From Promethearchaeota archaeon (GTDB lineage: Archaea; Asgardarchaeota; Lokiarchaeia; Sigyniarchaeales; SOKP01): 64,000 bases of DNA. A model generated the notes under the pieces. The model was not told where the DNA came from. It saw only the letters and a list, made by a program, of their open reading frames with translations, and did not search any database. This document shows, piece after piece, positions 9,408-19,024 of the stretch (its first letter is position 1; every line of letters starts with the position of its first letter). Location of the stretch: NCBI GenBank assembly GCA_030599585.1, contig JAUVNS010000008.1, positions 32,001 through 96,000 of the forward strand. Direction: 5' to 3'. A program made the position numbers and the translations under genes.

Positions 9408-10586
9408 TTAGGGCATCATTCCAGTTGAGCTAGATTTTCTCCTTATTCTATTCTTATAATCTTTTCTATACCATCTTTGTCTCTTCAGTGGCATTTTTTC
9501 AAACTCTTCCTTTGCTTTATCTGGAGGGAATACTTCTAAAGTGCCATCTTCTCTCTGAATAACACAACCAGAATTAACAAGTGTTTTATAGTTTTTTGCA
9601 GTCTCTTTAGGATCTCCCCAACATATTATTTGGCAATTACCACATGAAAGCTGAACTACATCGTTCTTAGTCTCTTCTGTTGGTAGTGAAGACGCGCCTT
9701 TACCTCCAGAAAATGAGGCTGGAATGTATCCTTTTGAAGAATCTTTAATTAAAGGTCTTTTCCTCTGACCAGCCATAGCTGCGGTTAAAACTCTTGTTAC
9801 TTCCATCGGATTTTCTGGATAGTCGTATCGTCCTGGAGAGAATGTTGAAAATTTTCCGGATTTATGTAATCCATTAAATCCACCACATGTTAGAACACAT
9901 CGTAATTTATTTATACGCTTCGAATAAGAAAATGTCTGACCTCCAAGAGTAACTTCTACTTTTTCATCAGGAGAAAACATCTGAAATGCACAAACTTTTG
10001 TGCAGATTTTACACTCATCACAAAATGAATCTGATTCTGGTATAGGATCTGTAGGTTCAAGTTTCGCATTAGTTATTGTTCCTCCTAAAATTATTACTGT
10101 ACCATATCCTTTTATTCCTACATTACCTGACCAACCAAATGAGGCAACTCCAGATCGTACAGCAAGATATCTTAATGAAATCTCCGGAGGTAAGGTTACA
10201 CTCCAACTCGGATCATCCTCTCTATACTTATTATTTGCTATAACGCTTGCTGCTTCATATCCCTTTTCCACTAAGAATTTAGCTATTGTTCTAGACATAC
10301 TACTTGACTTAATATTTACTTCGATGTTATCCTTTTCATGATCTCCCCTCGCATTAGAATGTGTCTTTCCTAAATAAGGTCGGATTAAATCCATCTGCAT
10401 TGGAATTGCCCAACAAACTGCACTTTCAGCACTCGGAAGCAAATATTTCAAGTTAGCTCCTTCTGGACCACCCGCTAATGTTTCAAGAGTCACAAAACCA
10501 ACTCTGAAAGCCCCTAATTCTTTTAATTTTTGTTCAAGTTCTTCATTTAAAGTTATGATTATAATTTCACCTTTATTTTTAAGCAA
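9408..10586 (-). CDS. Second QueG/reductive-dehalogenase-like cobalamin and Fe-S protein
   Basis: SLRYLAVRSGVASFGWSGN..GYGT..LGGTIT, CDECKICTKVC, CGNCQIIC. The true start may be slightly downstream. Confidence 0.82.
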   Translation of the reverse strand: MLKNKGEIIIITLNEELEQKLKELGAFRVGFVTLETLAGGPEGANLKYLLPSAESAVCWAIPMQMDLIRPYLGKTHSNARGDHEKDNIEVNIKSSSMSRTIAKFLVEKGYEAASVIANNKYREDDPSWSVTLPPEISLRYLAVRSGVASFGWSGNVGIKGYGTVIILGGTITNAKLEPTDPIPESDSFCDECKICTKVCAFQMFSPDEKVEVTLGGQTFSYSKRINKLRCVLTCGGFNGLHKSGKFSTFSPGRYDYPENPMEVTRVLTAAMAGQRKRPLIKDSSKGYIPASFSGGKGASSLPTEETKNDVVQLSCGNCQIICWGDPKETAKNYKTLVNSGCVIQREDGTLEVFPPDKAKEEFEKMPLKRQRWYRKDYKNRIRRKSSSTGMMP

Positions 10587-10639
10587 ATTGAATGAATTAG
10601 ACCATATTTTTTAATATTTTTAAATCGGTTTACCTTGAG

Positions 10640-10819
10640 CGTCCCATCTATTTCTCGCGTGAAGATCGCAGTTGCTAAACCCATTCCTCCGATTAAAGAT
10701 ATTTCATCTTCATTAATGTAATCTTCATGTTCAATGTTTTTTGTTTCTAAATCTATTCTTAAAATTTTTGCGATTTTTTTAACTAATTTTTGCTTTTATT
10801 TGATTATACTAAGTTCCAT
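10640..10819 (-). pseudogene. N-terminal remnant of an aldehyde:ferredoxin oxidoreductase (AOR/FOR)
   Basis: Manual translation MELSIIK*KQKLVKKIAKILRIDLETKNIEHEDY...LIGGMGLATAIFTRE resembles the AOR N-terminus (KILRVDL...GGxGL). It has an early stop and is truncated. Confidence 0.55.
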
Positions 10820-10888
10820 CTACATGTTATTTATAGGTTTTCCTCGTGATTATGATGAGCTCAAAGATATAAAAATTCTGAGTTTAAA

Positions 10889-11779
10889 TCACTTTTTAGC
10901 AGGAGAAGCATAGCAATAACCACAGTTATGTCTACATCGAAATATACCTATATATCCACCTATATCTTTAGATTTAGAGCATCCGCAACCTTTTCTTTGT
11001 CCTGTATCTTTTATTTTTTGAATTTTCTCTCCTATTAATTTCTCAATTTTATTGGCGTCTATACAATGAGCTTGTTTTATTCCCGCAGTGTCAATTAAAT
11101 CTGGTTGACAACAAGCTTCCATTTGCATATTGTATTTATCACAAATTTCTAGTAGAGAGTCGAGAATTTCTTTTTTCTTATTTAAAGGGGGATCAACGGG
11201 GATAAAACCTCTCTTTTGCAAGCGATTATTTACTTTTGAATAGAATGTCGCAAAAGAAAATATCATTTCCTTCAATCCAAGAGCAGAAACCCTTTCTATA
11301 ATATATTCGAATTTATCTAGATTACTTCTTATACTTTTTTCATCTTTCCTTTTGTATAAAATGATAGGGTCAAATCGAAAACTGATAGCATTTGATCCAA
11401 ACTCCTTGATCAACCAATTTAATTGAGAAAATCTCTCTTCTAAGGAAATCTTAAGATTTTGCTCTAATTCAGAAGGCGAGTTAATTGTAAATTGAAAATA
11501 GTGCCCCTTATACGCTCTGAAGATTTGAGTGTTTTTTTTATAGGTTTTTATCCATTCTTTAAAGTTCTTACTCCACCACACCCAACATTTTACATTTTCT
11601 GGTGATAATAATACTCTGGATACTTGCTTTCGATTGAACGGATTAATTACATCCACATAGCCGATGTGAATTTTTTCCATTACCCAATCCATCAGGAACG
11701 CTGGTATATCTGTTCTACGAGAGCATGATATTATTGGAGCTTGTATAATTTTACTGAAATTATTTGATTTAGTTTCCAT
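10889..11779 (-). CDS. DUF1848 family protein
   Basis: IISCSRRTDIPAF, FRFDPI, CID, QRKGCGCSKSKDIG...CRHNCGYCYA. Confidence 0.88.
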   Translation of the reverse strand: METKSNNFSKIIQAPIISCSRRTDIPAFLMDWVMEKIHIGYVDVINPFNRKQVSRVLLSPENVKCWVWWSKNFKEWIKTYKKNTQIFRAYKGHYFQFTINSPSELEQNLKISLEERFSQLNWLIKEFGSNAISFRFDPIILYKRKDEKSIRSNLDKFEYIIERVSALGLKEMIFSFATFYSKVNNRLQKRGFIPVDPPLNKKKEILDSLLEICDKYNMQMEACCQPDLIDTAGIKQAHCIDANKIEKLIGEKIQKIKDTGQRKGCGCSKSKDIGGYIGIFRCRHNCGYCYASPAKK

Positions 11780-11800
11780 TCTTCACTTAAACTTTCTTTA

Positions 11801-12679
11801 TTAGACTAATACTCCTATAAGGTAAGACAATACTCCTACCTGCATTATCACAAAGATAAGTTTTCGTAACTTTAAGGTATTTTCTTTTGTTTGATTTTTC
11901 AATAATGAGATTGATAAGAATACATAGGAAATCACTGGTATAAGAATAAGTATAAGAAATAGCGGATCCAAATACAAGCGAGAATCAATTAGAACAAAAA
12001 AGGGTAATGGATCCATAATTATTATTATGAAATAAAAGACAACCGAAACCTTTGCTGCAGTTTTAATCCCAAATTTGTTTGGTATGGAATTAATACCTAA
12101 TTCTTTATCACCTTCAATATCAGCTATATCAAACATGATTTCTGAACCTAAACCAACAATAAAACCCATGAAAGCAAAGTATATGATTATCGGTTCTAAA
12201 ACTGCATCCGTAACAAGAGAACCAAATAGAATAGTTCCAGCATAAGAATAAGCAATTAAAGCATTCTTTACTATTACCAATTTCTTTAGTCCCAAACTGT
12301 AGATATAAAAAGCCGGGATACTGATTAAAGCAAGAAATAACGCTACTCCATTTAGAAATAGAATCAGTAGAAGATTGAATATCATTAATATTATCACAAT
12401 TATCAAAGCTGATTTTCTACTAAGTAAACCTAATACCAAAGGTCGATCACTTCTATTATTTTTAATATCAATTTCATAATCAATGTAATCGTTTATCGCA
12501 AATGCTCCCGCTTCAGATACGAAGATAATTAGAAACCCTACAATATATTCAAATTGAAATCCTATTAGATCTCCCGCAAGTATTCCGGAAACAAAAAAAC
12601 CAATTGTCCCAAATACACATAATTCTATTCTAATTAATTTTAAAAATCCGATTATTTTTTCTTTAAACATATTAATCAC
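11801..12679 (-). CDS. UbiA-family prenyltransferase (DGGGP synthase-like)
   Basis: NDYIDYEIDIKNNRSDRPL and DIADIEGD aspartate-rich motifs; multiple TM helices. Confidence 0.85.
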   Translation of the reverse strand: MINMFKEKIIGFLKLIRIELCVFGTIGFFVSGILAGDLIGFQFEYIVGFLIIFVSEAGAFAINDYIDYEIDIKNNRSDRPLVLGLLSRKSALIIVIILMIFNLLLILFLNGVALFLALISIPAFYIYSLGLKKLVIVKNALIAYSYAGTILFGSLVTDAVLEPIIIYFAFMGFIVGLGSEIMFDIADIEGDKELGINSIPNKFGIKTAAKVSVVFYFIIIIMDPLPFFVLIDSRLYLDPLFLILILIPVISYVFLSISLLKNQTKENTLKLRKLIFVIMQVGVLSYLIGVLV

Positions 12680-12854
12680 TCATTAAGGGTCGTAGATATG
12701 TAGTAATCTAGAAATTTTTACTAGCGAAATAAACCTTTATATAATTTTTTATAAGTGAAGATTTGGAGCATTTCAGATATGTAATCTTAAAATACAGTTT
12801 TGTAAGAAGATTAACAAATTATAATTTGAATATAATAATAATTCTATTATAAAA

Positions 12855-14501
12855 ATGAATATCGTGGCTTCTAATATTATTTATTCAAAAAAGGTTGAAT
12901 TTGTTCCTTTTAATAAAATTCGTAAAATTCATGGTTCTCAAATCATTTCAACAGATTATCCTGCTTATCTTGTTGATGAAAGTAAATTGGAAGGAACTGC
13001 AGATTGGCTATTTTTTCCAAAATCAGAAGCAGAGATAATCTCAATTATTGATTATTTAAGAGAGAAAAAGATACCTGCATATATTAGTGCCGCTCGGACA
13101 GGAATTGTAGGCTCCAGTGTTCCTAAATGTGGTTCAATTTTTTCTATTGAAAAAATGGATAAAATGCTGGGATTTGGATTTGATGAAAATAAAGGGAACT
13201 ATTTTTGCCGATTCGAACCGGGCATTACCTTAAAAGCAATTAACGATATAATCCTTAAGAAAGAAGTCGAAAGAGTTAAGGAGCTTACTCCAAACACTAT
13301 TTCACGATTTATTGAAGAAAAAAAATCTTATTATTATCCCATGGATCCAACGGAAATGTCTGCTTCAATAAGCGGTACCGTAGCAACAAATGCTTCAGGG
13401 GCAGGAACATATAAATATGGTGCGACAAGGAAATGGGTTAAAAAAATTCGGGTTGCGTTATCAATTGGAGAAATTCTAGAAATTCAGAGAGGGAAATATT
13501 TCGCTTCAAATGATGGAACATTTATTGTAAAACTAACTGATGGAACCGATTTAGTTTTTAAAATCCCCTCCTACGAATTCAATACTAATGTGAAAAACAC
13601 AGCAGGGATATATGCCAAACCGAATATGGATCTTATTGATTTATTTATTGGAAGTGAAGGAATATTCGGTGTTATTACAGAAGTTGAGGTATGGATTATA
13701 GAGAAACGTCCATTAATCTCTAATGTTTTATTTTTTAATTCAGAGGATGATGCTCTTGATTTTGTAAAAAAAATCCGGAATAATCAAGCGGTCAATCCAG
13801 AATTCATAGAATATTTTTCAGGTGAATCTTTGGATCTTCTCAGAAATGTTCAAATTAAAACCCCCGCTGTAATTAACATGCCACAAATCCCTTTTAAAGC
13901 AAGATCAGCATTATTTTTCGATCTTCCATATTCCGAGGATAATTTAGTCTCCTACTTTAAAAAGATCGATAAAATGGCCAAACTATGCCATACAACATTG
14001 GAAACAAGTTGGTCGGGTTATGACAATAGAGAATTTGCACGATTCAAGCATTTTAGACATGCTTTACCTGAAACTGTAAATTCCATTATTGTAGAACGTA
14101 AAAGGCAATATCCCGATTTACACAAATTAGGCACAGATATGTGTGTTCCGGAAGAGAAATTTGGAGAGATGATGAAATTTTATCATTCTGTTTTACGGGA
14201 AGCAGCATTAGAGTATGTGATTTTTGGTCATATAGGTGATAATCATGTTCATCTTAATATTCTCCCAAAAAATACTGAAGAACTAGAACTCGGTCTTAAA
14301 ATTTACGAACAATTTGCAAAAAAAGCGGTCGAGTACGGTGGAAGCGTTTCTGCTGAGCACGGAATTGGAAGAATAAAAGTGGATTTTTTAAAATTCATGT
14401 ATGATGAGAAAGAAATTGAACAGATGCGGGCTGTTAAAAGAGCTCTCGATTCTCTATTAATGTTCAATTGTGGAAATATCTTTGAGATTAAGGGGGTGTA
14501 A
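12855..14501 (+). CDS. FAD-linked 2-hydroxyacid (D-lactate/glycolate) dehydrogenase, GlcD/LctD family
   Basis: DPTEMSASISGTVATNASG, IGSEGIFGVIT, GHIGDNHVH, SAEHGIG. Confidence 0.88.
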   Translation: MNIVASNIIYSKKVEFVPFNKIRKIHGSQIISTDYPAYLVDESKLEGTADWLFFPKSEAEIISIIDYLREKKIPAYISAARTGIVGSSVPKCGSIFSIEKMDKMLGFGFDENKGNYFCRFEPGITLKAINDIILKKEVERVKELTPNTISRFIEEKKSYYYPMDPTEMSASISGTVATNASGAGTYKYGATRKWVKKIRVALSIGEILEIQRGKYFASNDGTFIVKLTDGTDLVFKIPSYEFNTNVKNTAGIYAKPNMDLIDLFIGSEGIFGVITEVEVWIIEKRPLISNVLFFNSEDDALDFVKKIRNNQAVNPEFIEYFSGESLDLLRNVQIKTPAVINMPQIPFKARSALFFDLPYSEDNLVSYFKKIDKMAKLCHTTLETSWSGYDNREFARFKHFRHALPETVNSIIVERKRQYPDLHKLGTDMCVPEEKFGEMMKFYHSVLREAALEYVIFGHIGDNHVHLNILPKNTEELELGLKIYEQFAKKAVEYGGSVSAEHGIGRIKVDFLKFMYDEKEIEQMRAVKRALDSLLMFNCGNIFEIKGV

Positions 14502-14504
14502 GAA

Positions 14505-15314
14505 GTGAAAATTATCGTTTCAATCAAGCAGGTTCCTGAGGCAGATAAAGTTGCGGTAAACCCTGAAACGGGGACTTTAATAAGAGAGGGAGTTGAATCA
14601 ATTCTCAATCCATTTTGTGAGTATGCCTTAGATACGGCTGTTAAAATCCGAGATGATAATCCGGACATTGTTGTTGAAATAATAGCAATCTCAATGGGAC
14701 CTCCTCAAGCAAAAATGGCGTTATTGCGTTGTTTAGAACTGGGGGCTGATAGGGCATTTCTACTGTCTGACATGGCATTTGCGGGTTCAGATGTTTGGGC
14801 AACTGCTTTAACCTTAAAAGAAGGTATACGGAAATTTGTACCTAATTTTGATTTGATATTATGCGGAAAGCATGCTATTGACGGAGATACGGCACAAGTT
14901 CCAGCGGAATTAGCCGAAAATTTAGGTATTCCTCAAATTTTTTATGGAATTGATGCAAAAGTCGAAAAGAAAAAGATTAGAGTTAAAAAAGAAACCGAAA
15001 ATGGTTTTCAAATCATTGAAACCCGAACGCCAGCCTTAATAACAATTAGTAAAGGGCCATCTAATATTCGCAGACTTCCATCAATAAAAAATATAATTGA
15101 AGCACGAAATAAGCCTTTAGAGATCATTACTGCAGATGAGTTGGACATTGAGATGGAAAAATTAGGATTAAATGGTTCTTATACACAAGTAATTAGTATC
15201 TTTGCACCACCCGTAAAAGAAACAGGAAAAATTATCGACGGTAGCGATCCTGGTAAAGCAGCCGAACAAATGATGGCATTTCTAAAGGAAAATAAATTGA
15301 TAAAATTGAGGTAG
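14505..15314 (+). CDS. etfB: Electron transfer flavoprotein beta subunit
   Basis: IKQVPE, GTLIREG, SMGPP, GKHAIDGDTAQV. Confidence 0.95.
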   Translation: MKIIVSIKQVPEADKVAVNPETGTLIREGVESILNPFCEYALDTAVKIRDDNPDIVVEIIAISMGPPQAKMALLRCLELGADRAFLLSDMAFAGSDVWATALTLKEGIRKFVPNFDLILCGKHAIDGDTAQVPAELAENLGIPQIFYGIDAKVEKKKIRVKKETENGFQIIETRTPALITISKGPSNIRRLPSIKNIIEARNKPLEIITADELDIEMEKLGLNGSYTQVISIFAPPVKETGKIIDGSDPGKAAEQMMAFLKENKLIKLR

Positions 15315-15325
15315 TCTAATATAAA

Positions 15326-16540
15326 ATGCTAGAAATCAATGAAGAAAACTGCATTGGCTGTACAATCTGCGAAAAAGTCTGCCCATTTGGTGCAATATTT
15401 GTTGATCCGGAAGATAAGAAAGCCAAAGTTTTGGATACCTGTACTCTCTGCGGAGCATGCGTGAATGCATGTAGATATGATGCAATCACTATCAAACGTA
15501 AAACAGTTTCAGAGGAAGATTTAGAAAAATATAGCGGAATTATGATTTGGGGTGAATTGGAGAAAGATGAGCTCAAGAATCTACAAATAAAAAATGTGGT
15601 TTTTGAACTCTTAGGAAAAGCTCAAGAATTAAATAAAACTCTTAATGAAACAATATCGGTTGTTATTCTCGGACCTCCGGGAAAAATACCACCGATCGAT
15701 ATATTATATCACTATGGAGCCGATGAAGTTTTTTTATGTGAGCACGAACTACTTGAAAATTACTCAACCGATGGTTTTACAACCGTTATTACAACGTTAA
15801 TTATTAATGAGAAACCGTCAATATTTTTCTACGGTGCTACCGTTAACGGGCGTGATTTAGCACCAAGAATTGCAGCAAGAATTGCAGCTGGCTTAACCGC
15901 AGATTGTACTGCATTTGACATAAATAAAGAAAAGCAGCTTGTTCAAACACGACCTGCATTCGGGGGGAATATTATGGCTTCAATTATATCTCCATTTACA
16001 AGACCTCAAATGGCAACCGCACGACCTAATAATTTCCAAATACCTATAAAAGATACTTCCCGGAAGGGAGATCTTAAAAAATTTGAAGTTAAAATTGAAA
16101 AACAAACCATTAGAACGAAAATTATAGAAGAAACAATTTCCAAAGTTGATACAATAAACATTGAAGAAGCCGATATTCTCGTTTCTGCAGGAAAGGGAAT
16201 CGGAAATAAAGAAAATCTAAAATTAGTAAAAGAATTAGCACGAGAAATAAAAGGAATAATGTCAAGCTCCCGTGCTTTAGTTGACCTAGGTTGGACATCT
16301 CATCCTATACAAGTTGGTCAATCAGGAAAAACAGTAAGCCCAAAATTATATATCGCTTTAGGAATTAGTGGAGCGATACAACATTTAGTTGGAATGAAAA
16401 GCAGCGATATATTAATTGCAATAAATACCGATCCTGAAGCCCCAATATTTAAAGTAGCTGATTTTGGAATAGTAGGTGACATTTTTGAAATTATTCCTCA
16501 ATTTCTTAAACAACTGCGTGCTGAACGAAGGAAAAATTAA
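15326..16540 (+). CDS. etfA: Electron transfer flavoprotein alpha subunit with N-terminal 2x[4Fe-4S] ferredoxin domain
   Basis: CIGCTICEKVCP and CTLCGACVNAC, GLTADCT, QVGQSGKTV, GISGAIQH. Confidence 0.95.
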   Translation: MLEINEENCIGCTICEKVCPFGAIFVDPEDKKAKVLDTCTLCGACVNACRYDAITIKRKTVSEEDLEKYSGIMIWGELEKDELKNLQIKNVVFELLGKAQELNKTLNETISVVILGPPGKIPPIDILYHYGADEVFLCEHELLENYSTDGFTTVITTLIINEKPSIFFYGATVNGRDLAPRIAARIAAGLTADCTAFDINKEKQLVQTRPAFGGNIMASIISPFTRPQMATARPNNFQIPIKDTSRKGDLKKFEVKIEKQTIRTKIIEETISKVDTINIEEADILVSAGKGIGNKENLKLVKELAREIKGIMSSSRALVDLGWTSHPIQVGQSGKTVSPKLYIALGISGAIQHLVGMKSSDILIAINTDPEAPIFKVADFGIVGDIFEIIPQFLKQLRAERRKN

Positions 16541-16583
16541 TACTTAATTTAATTTTTTAAACCTTGCAATATTTAATATTAGT

Positions 16584-17609
16584 ATGATTCCTTCAATTGA
16601 ATGGACCATCGATAACAAAGTTAAGATGATTGATCAAACTCTCCTACCGCATAAACTTGAGTTTTTAGAGTTTAACGATTTTAGATCTGTCGCAAAATCT
16701 ATAAAAGTCATGAATATCAGAGGTGCTCCAGCAATAGGAGTAGCAGCTGCAATGGGAATGGCGTTAGCTACGATAGAATATAAAGAATTAGTAAAAGAGA
16801 AATTCCTTATTAAAATGGAGGACGCTGCTGATGTGATACGCAGTACAAGACCTACAGCATCTAACCTTTTTTGGGCAGTAAATAGAATCTGGAAGATAAT
16901 TAAAGAATTCCCTGATAACCCATTAAACATATCTGATCTTGTTATTGAAGAAGTAAAATTAATGGCACAAGAAGATATCAATGTTAATAAAAACATCGGT
17001 AAAAATGGTGCTGCTTTGTTGCAAGATGGAGATGTGGTTCTAACACATTGTAACGCGGGATCTTTAGCTACAGTTCAATACGGTACGGCTTTAGCACCAA
17101 TTAGAGCTGCTATCGAAATGGGAAAGGAAATAAGCGTTATTGCTGACGAGACGAGACCAAGATTACAAGGTGCAAGATTAACTGCATATGAACTTCAATA
17201 CGATAACATTCCCGTAAAAGTCATATCCGATACTTCTTCTGGACTCTTGATGAGGCTTGGAAAAGTAAATAAAGTAATTGTTGGCACCGACAGAGTCACA
17301 TCAGACGCAGTTTTTAATAAAATTGGAACCTACTTAGTTGCCTTAGCTGCATTTGATAATGGAATTCCATTTTATGTTGCCGCTCCAACATCTACCTTAT
17401 CTCTTCACGAAACGATTGAAGATGTTACTATAGAGCAAAGAGATAGTAGTGAAGTAGGAAACATACTTGGAAAAGTGCAAATCATCCCTAATGGTGTTGA
17501 ATGCTTAAATTATGCGTTCGATATAACTCCCTTTAGATTAGTATCTGGCGTTATTACGGAAGACGGAGTTTTTACACCAGAAGAGTTATTAAAAAAGTAT
17601 AAAGATTGA
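16584..17609 (+). CDS. mtnA: S-methyl-5-thioribose-1-phosphate isomerase (eIF2B-alpha-like family)
   Basis: IRGAPAIG, TRPTA, LTHCNAGSLAT, ETRPRLQGARLTA, NKIGTY, FDITP. Confidence 0.9.
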   Translation: MIPSIEWTIDNKVKMIDQTLLPHKLEFLEFNDFRSVAKSIKVMNIRGAPAIGVAAAMGMALATIEYKELVKEKFLIKMEDAADVIRSTRPTASNLFWAVNRIWKIIKEFPDNPLNISDLVIEEVKLMAQEDINVNKNIGKNGAALLQDGDVVLTHCNAGSLATVQYGTALAPIRAAIEMGKEISVIADETRPRLQGARLTAYELQYDNIPVKVISDTSSGLLMRLGKVNKVIVGTDRVTSDAVFNKIGTYLVALAAFDNGIPFYVAAPTSTLSLHETIEDVTIEQRDSSEVGNILGKVQIIPNGVECLNYAFDITPFRLVSGVITEDGVFTPEELLKKYKD

Positions 17610-17657
17610 CATTAATTTACTTTAAATAGTTATTTAAAAACTTAAAAGGTTAACATA

Positions 17658-17906
17658 ATGGCGCTTAGTGAAAAACAAAAAGATACTCTCTTTAAGGTAT
17701 TTCTTTTTGGTATAATTGAATTCATTTGTTTTGTTGTCTTTATTACAATTTCTGGACTCGCAGGTCATTTCTCTTGGACAATTGAACAATTAACTACCAC
17801 TCCAATGGGAATGGTCATACAGATAGTCAATCTTATTATAGTCGTTGATGGAATAGTTATGTTTTTGTATTTTCTTGCCTTTATCATAATGTTTATAGCG
17901 GGTTAA
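17658..17906 (+). CDS. Small membrane protein (2 TM)
   Basis: 82-aa ORF with two hydrophobic helices. Confidence 0.6.
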   Translation: MALSEKQKDTLFKVFLFGIIEFICFVVFITISGLAGHFSWTIEQLTTTPMGMVIQIVNLIIVVDGIVMFLYFLAFIIMFIAG

Positions 17907-18889
17907 TTCAAACTATTGATTATTTGATGTAATTCCTCTAAGCTTTTTGTTTTTGAAATTTGTGTTCTTAAGCTAATTGAGTCTTGAATGTTTTTTATAA
18001 ACCATATTGCATTTCTTCTCAATTCCATAAACTTAAATTTCTCGTGTGAAAAAGGCATATCGATTATATCGTCTAAATACTCATCCACACATTCCTCGTA
18101 CAACTTGAAATATTTTCTCACTTTGAAGAAACTATTTTCGAGATTAGACTCTATTCCCTTTGTAAGATATTGATTAATTTGTTGAAAGATTTCGGGATTT
18201 CCCATTGAAGCTCTTCCAACCATAAGGGCGTCAACATTTGTAATTTCTAAAAATTTTTCCGCTGTTAACCCTCCCTCAATATTTCCATTTCCAACCACAG
18301 GAATCTTGACTAAAGATTTTATTTTCTTTATAGTATTAAGGTCAAGGGTTGAGTCAAGGTATCGGCCTTTTACTGTTCTTCCATGAATTGTTAGGAAGTC
18401 AATACCTGAACGATTTACAATATCAGCTATTCTTTCGATATTATTTGTATTATTAAAACCAGTTCTCATTTTAAGCGAAACTGGTCGCGAAGAATATTTT
18501 ATCGAAGTTTTGAGCAAAGTTTCCAATTCATCGAGATTCTTGAGGAGATAGCCACCTTCTTTAGCTTTTATCGCTCTTCTGGAAGGACAACCCGCATTGA
18601 TATCTAAAACATCAAAACTATAGCTTTCCAGAAAGTCGATGGAACTTTTTAACGCGTCTAAATCTGAACCAATTAATTGTACACTTACCGGTCTTTCTTC
18701 CTCAATTTTGTGTAAAAATCTCAAGACAGTTCGGGAATGAGTTTCAATCCTTTTAGTATAAAGCATTGGAACGCTAACTAGCCCAATATTACCGAATTTC
18801 CTACAAAACAGTCTAAATGGCGCTGTAGATACTTGTAGCATTGGGGCTAAAATTAAGTTATTTTCTAAAAAGAGCGTTCCTAATTTCAT
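17903..18889 (-). CDS. dus: tRNA-dihydrouridine synthase family protein
   Basis: LAPM, VQLIG, DINAGCP, SLKMRTG, TIHGRT, GNG, MVGRA. Confidence 0.9.
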   Translation of the reverse strand: MKLGTLFLENNLILAPMLQVSTAPFRLFCRKFGNIGLVSVPMLYTKRIETHSRTVLRFLHKIEEERPVSVQLIGSDLDALKSSIDFLESYSFDVLDINAGCPSRRAIKAKEGGYLLKNLDELETLLKTSIKYSSRPVSLKMRTGFNNTNNIERIADIVNRSGIDFLTIHGRTVKGRYLDSTLDLNTIKKIKSLVKIPVVGNGNIEGGLTAEKFLEITNVDALMVGRASMGNPEIFQQINQYLTKGIESNLENSFFKVRKYFKLYEECVDEYLDDIIDMPFSHEKFKFMELRRNAIWFIKNIQDSISLRTQISKTKSLEELHQIINSLN

Positions 18890-19024
18890 TTTATTTGTAA
18901 AGTATTATTTTCTTATCTTTTACTTTTCATAAACAAGAATTTTTTAAGAAACTTCAATTTTACTAAAATAGTAAGAATAAGTTTAATCTATATTACTAAA
19001 GAACTATATCACATTATCGAAAAA

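Noticed and set aside
10852-10881. ATGATGA...CTGA resembling C/D box sRNA motifs
   Set aside because: Only 19 nt lie between the boxes, with no C'/D' pair; too short for a guide RNA.
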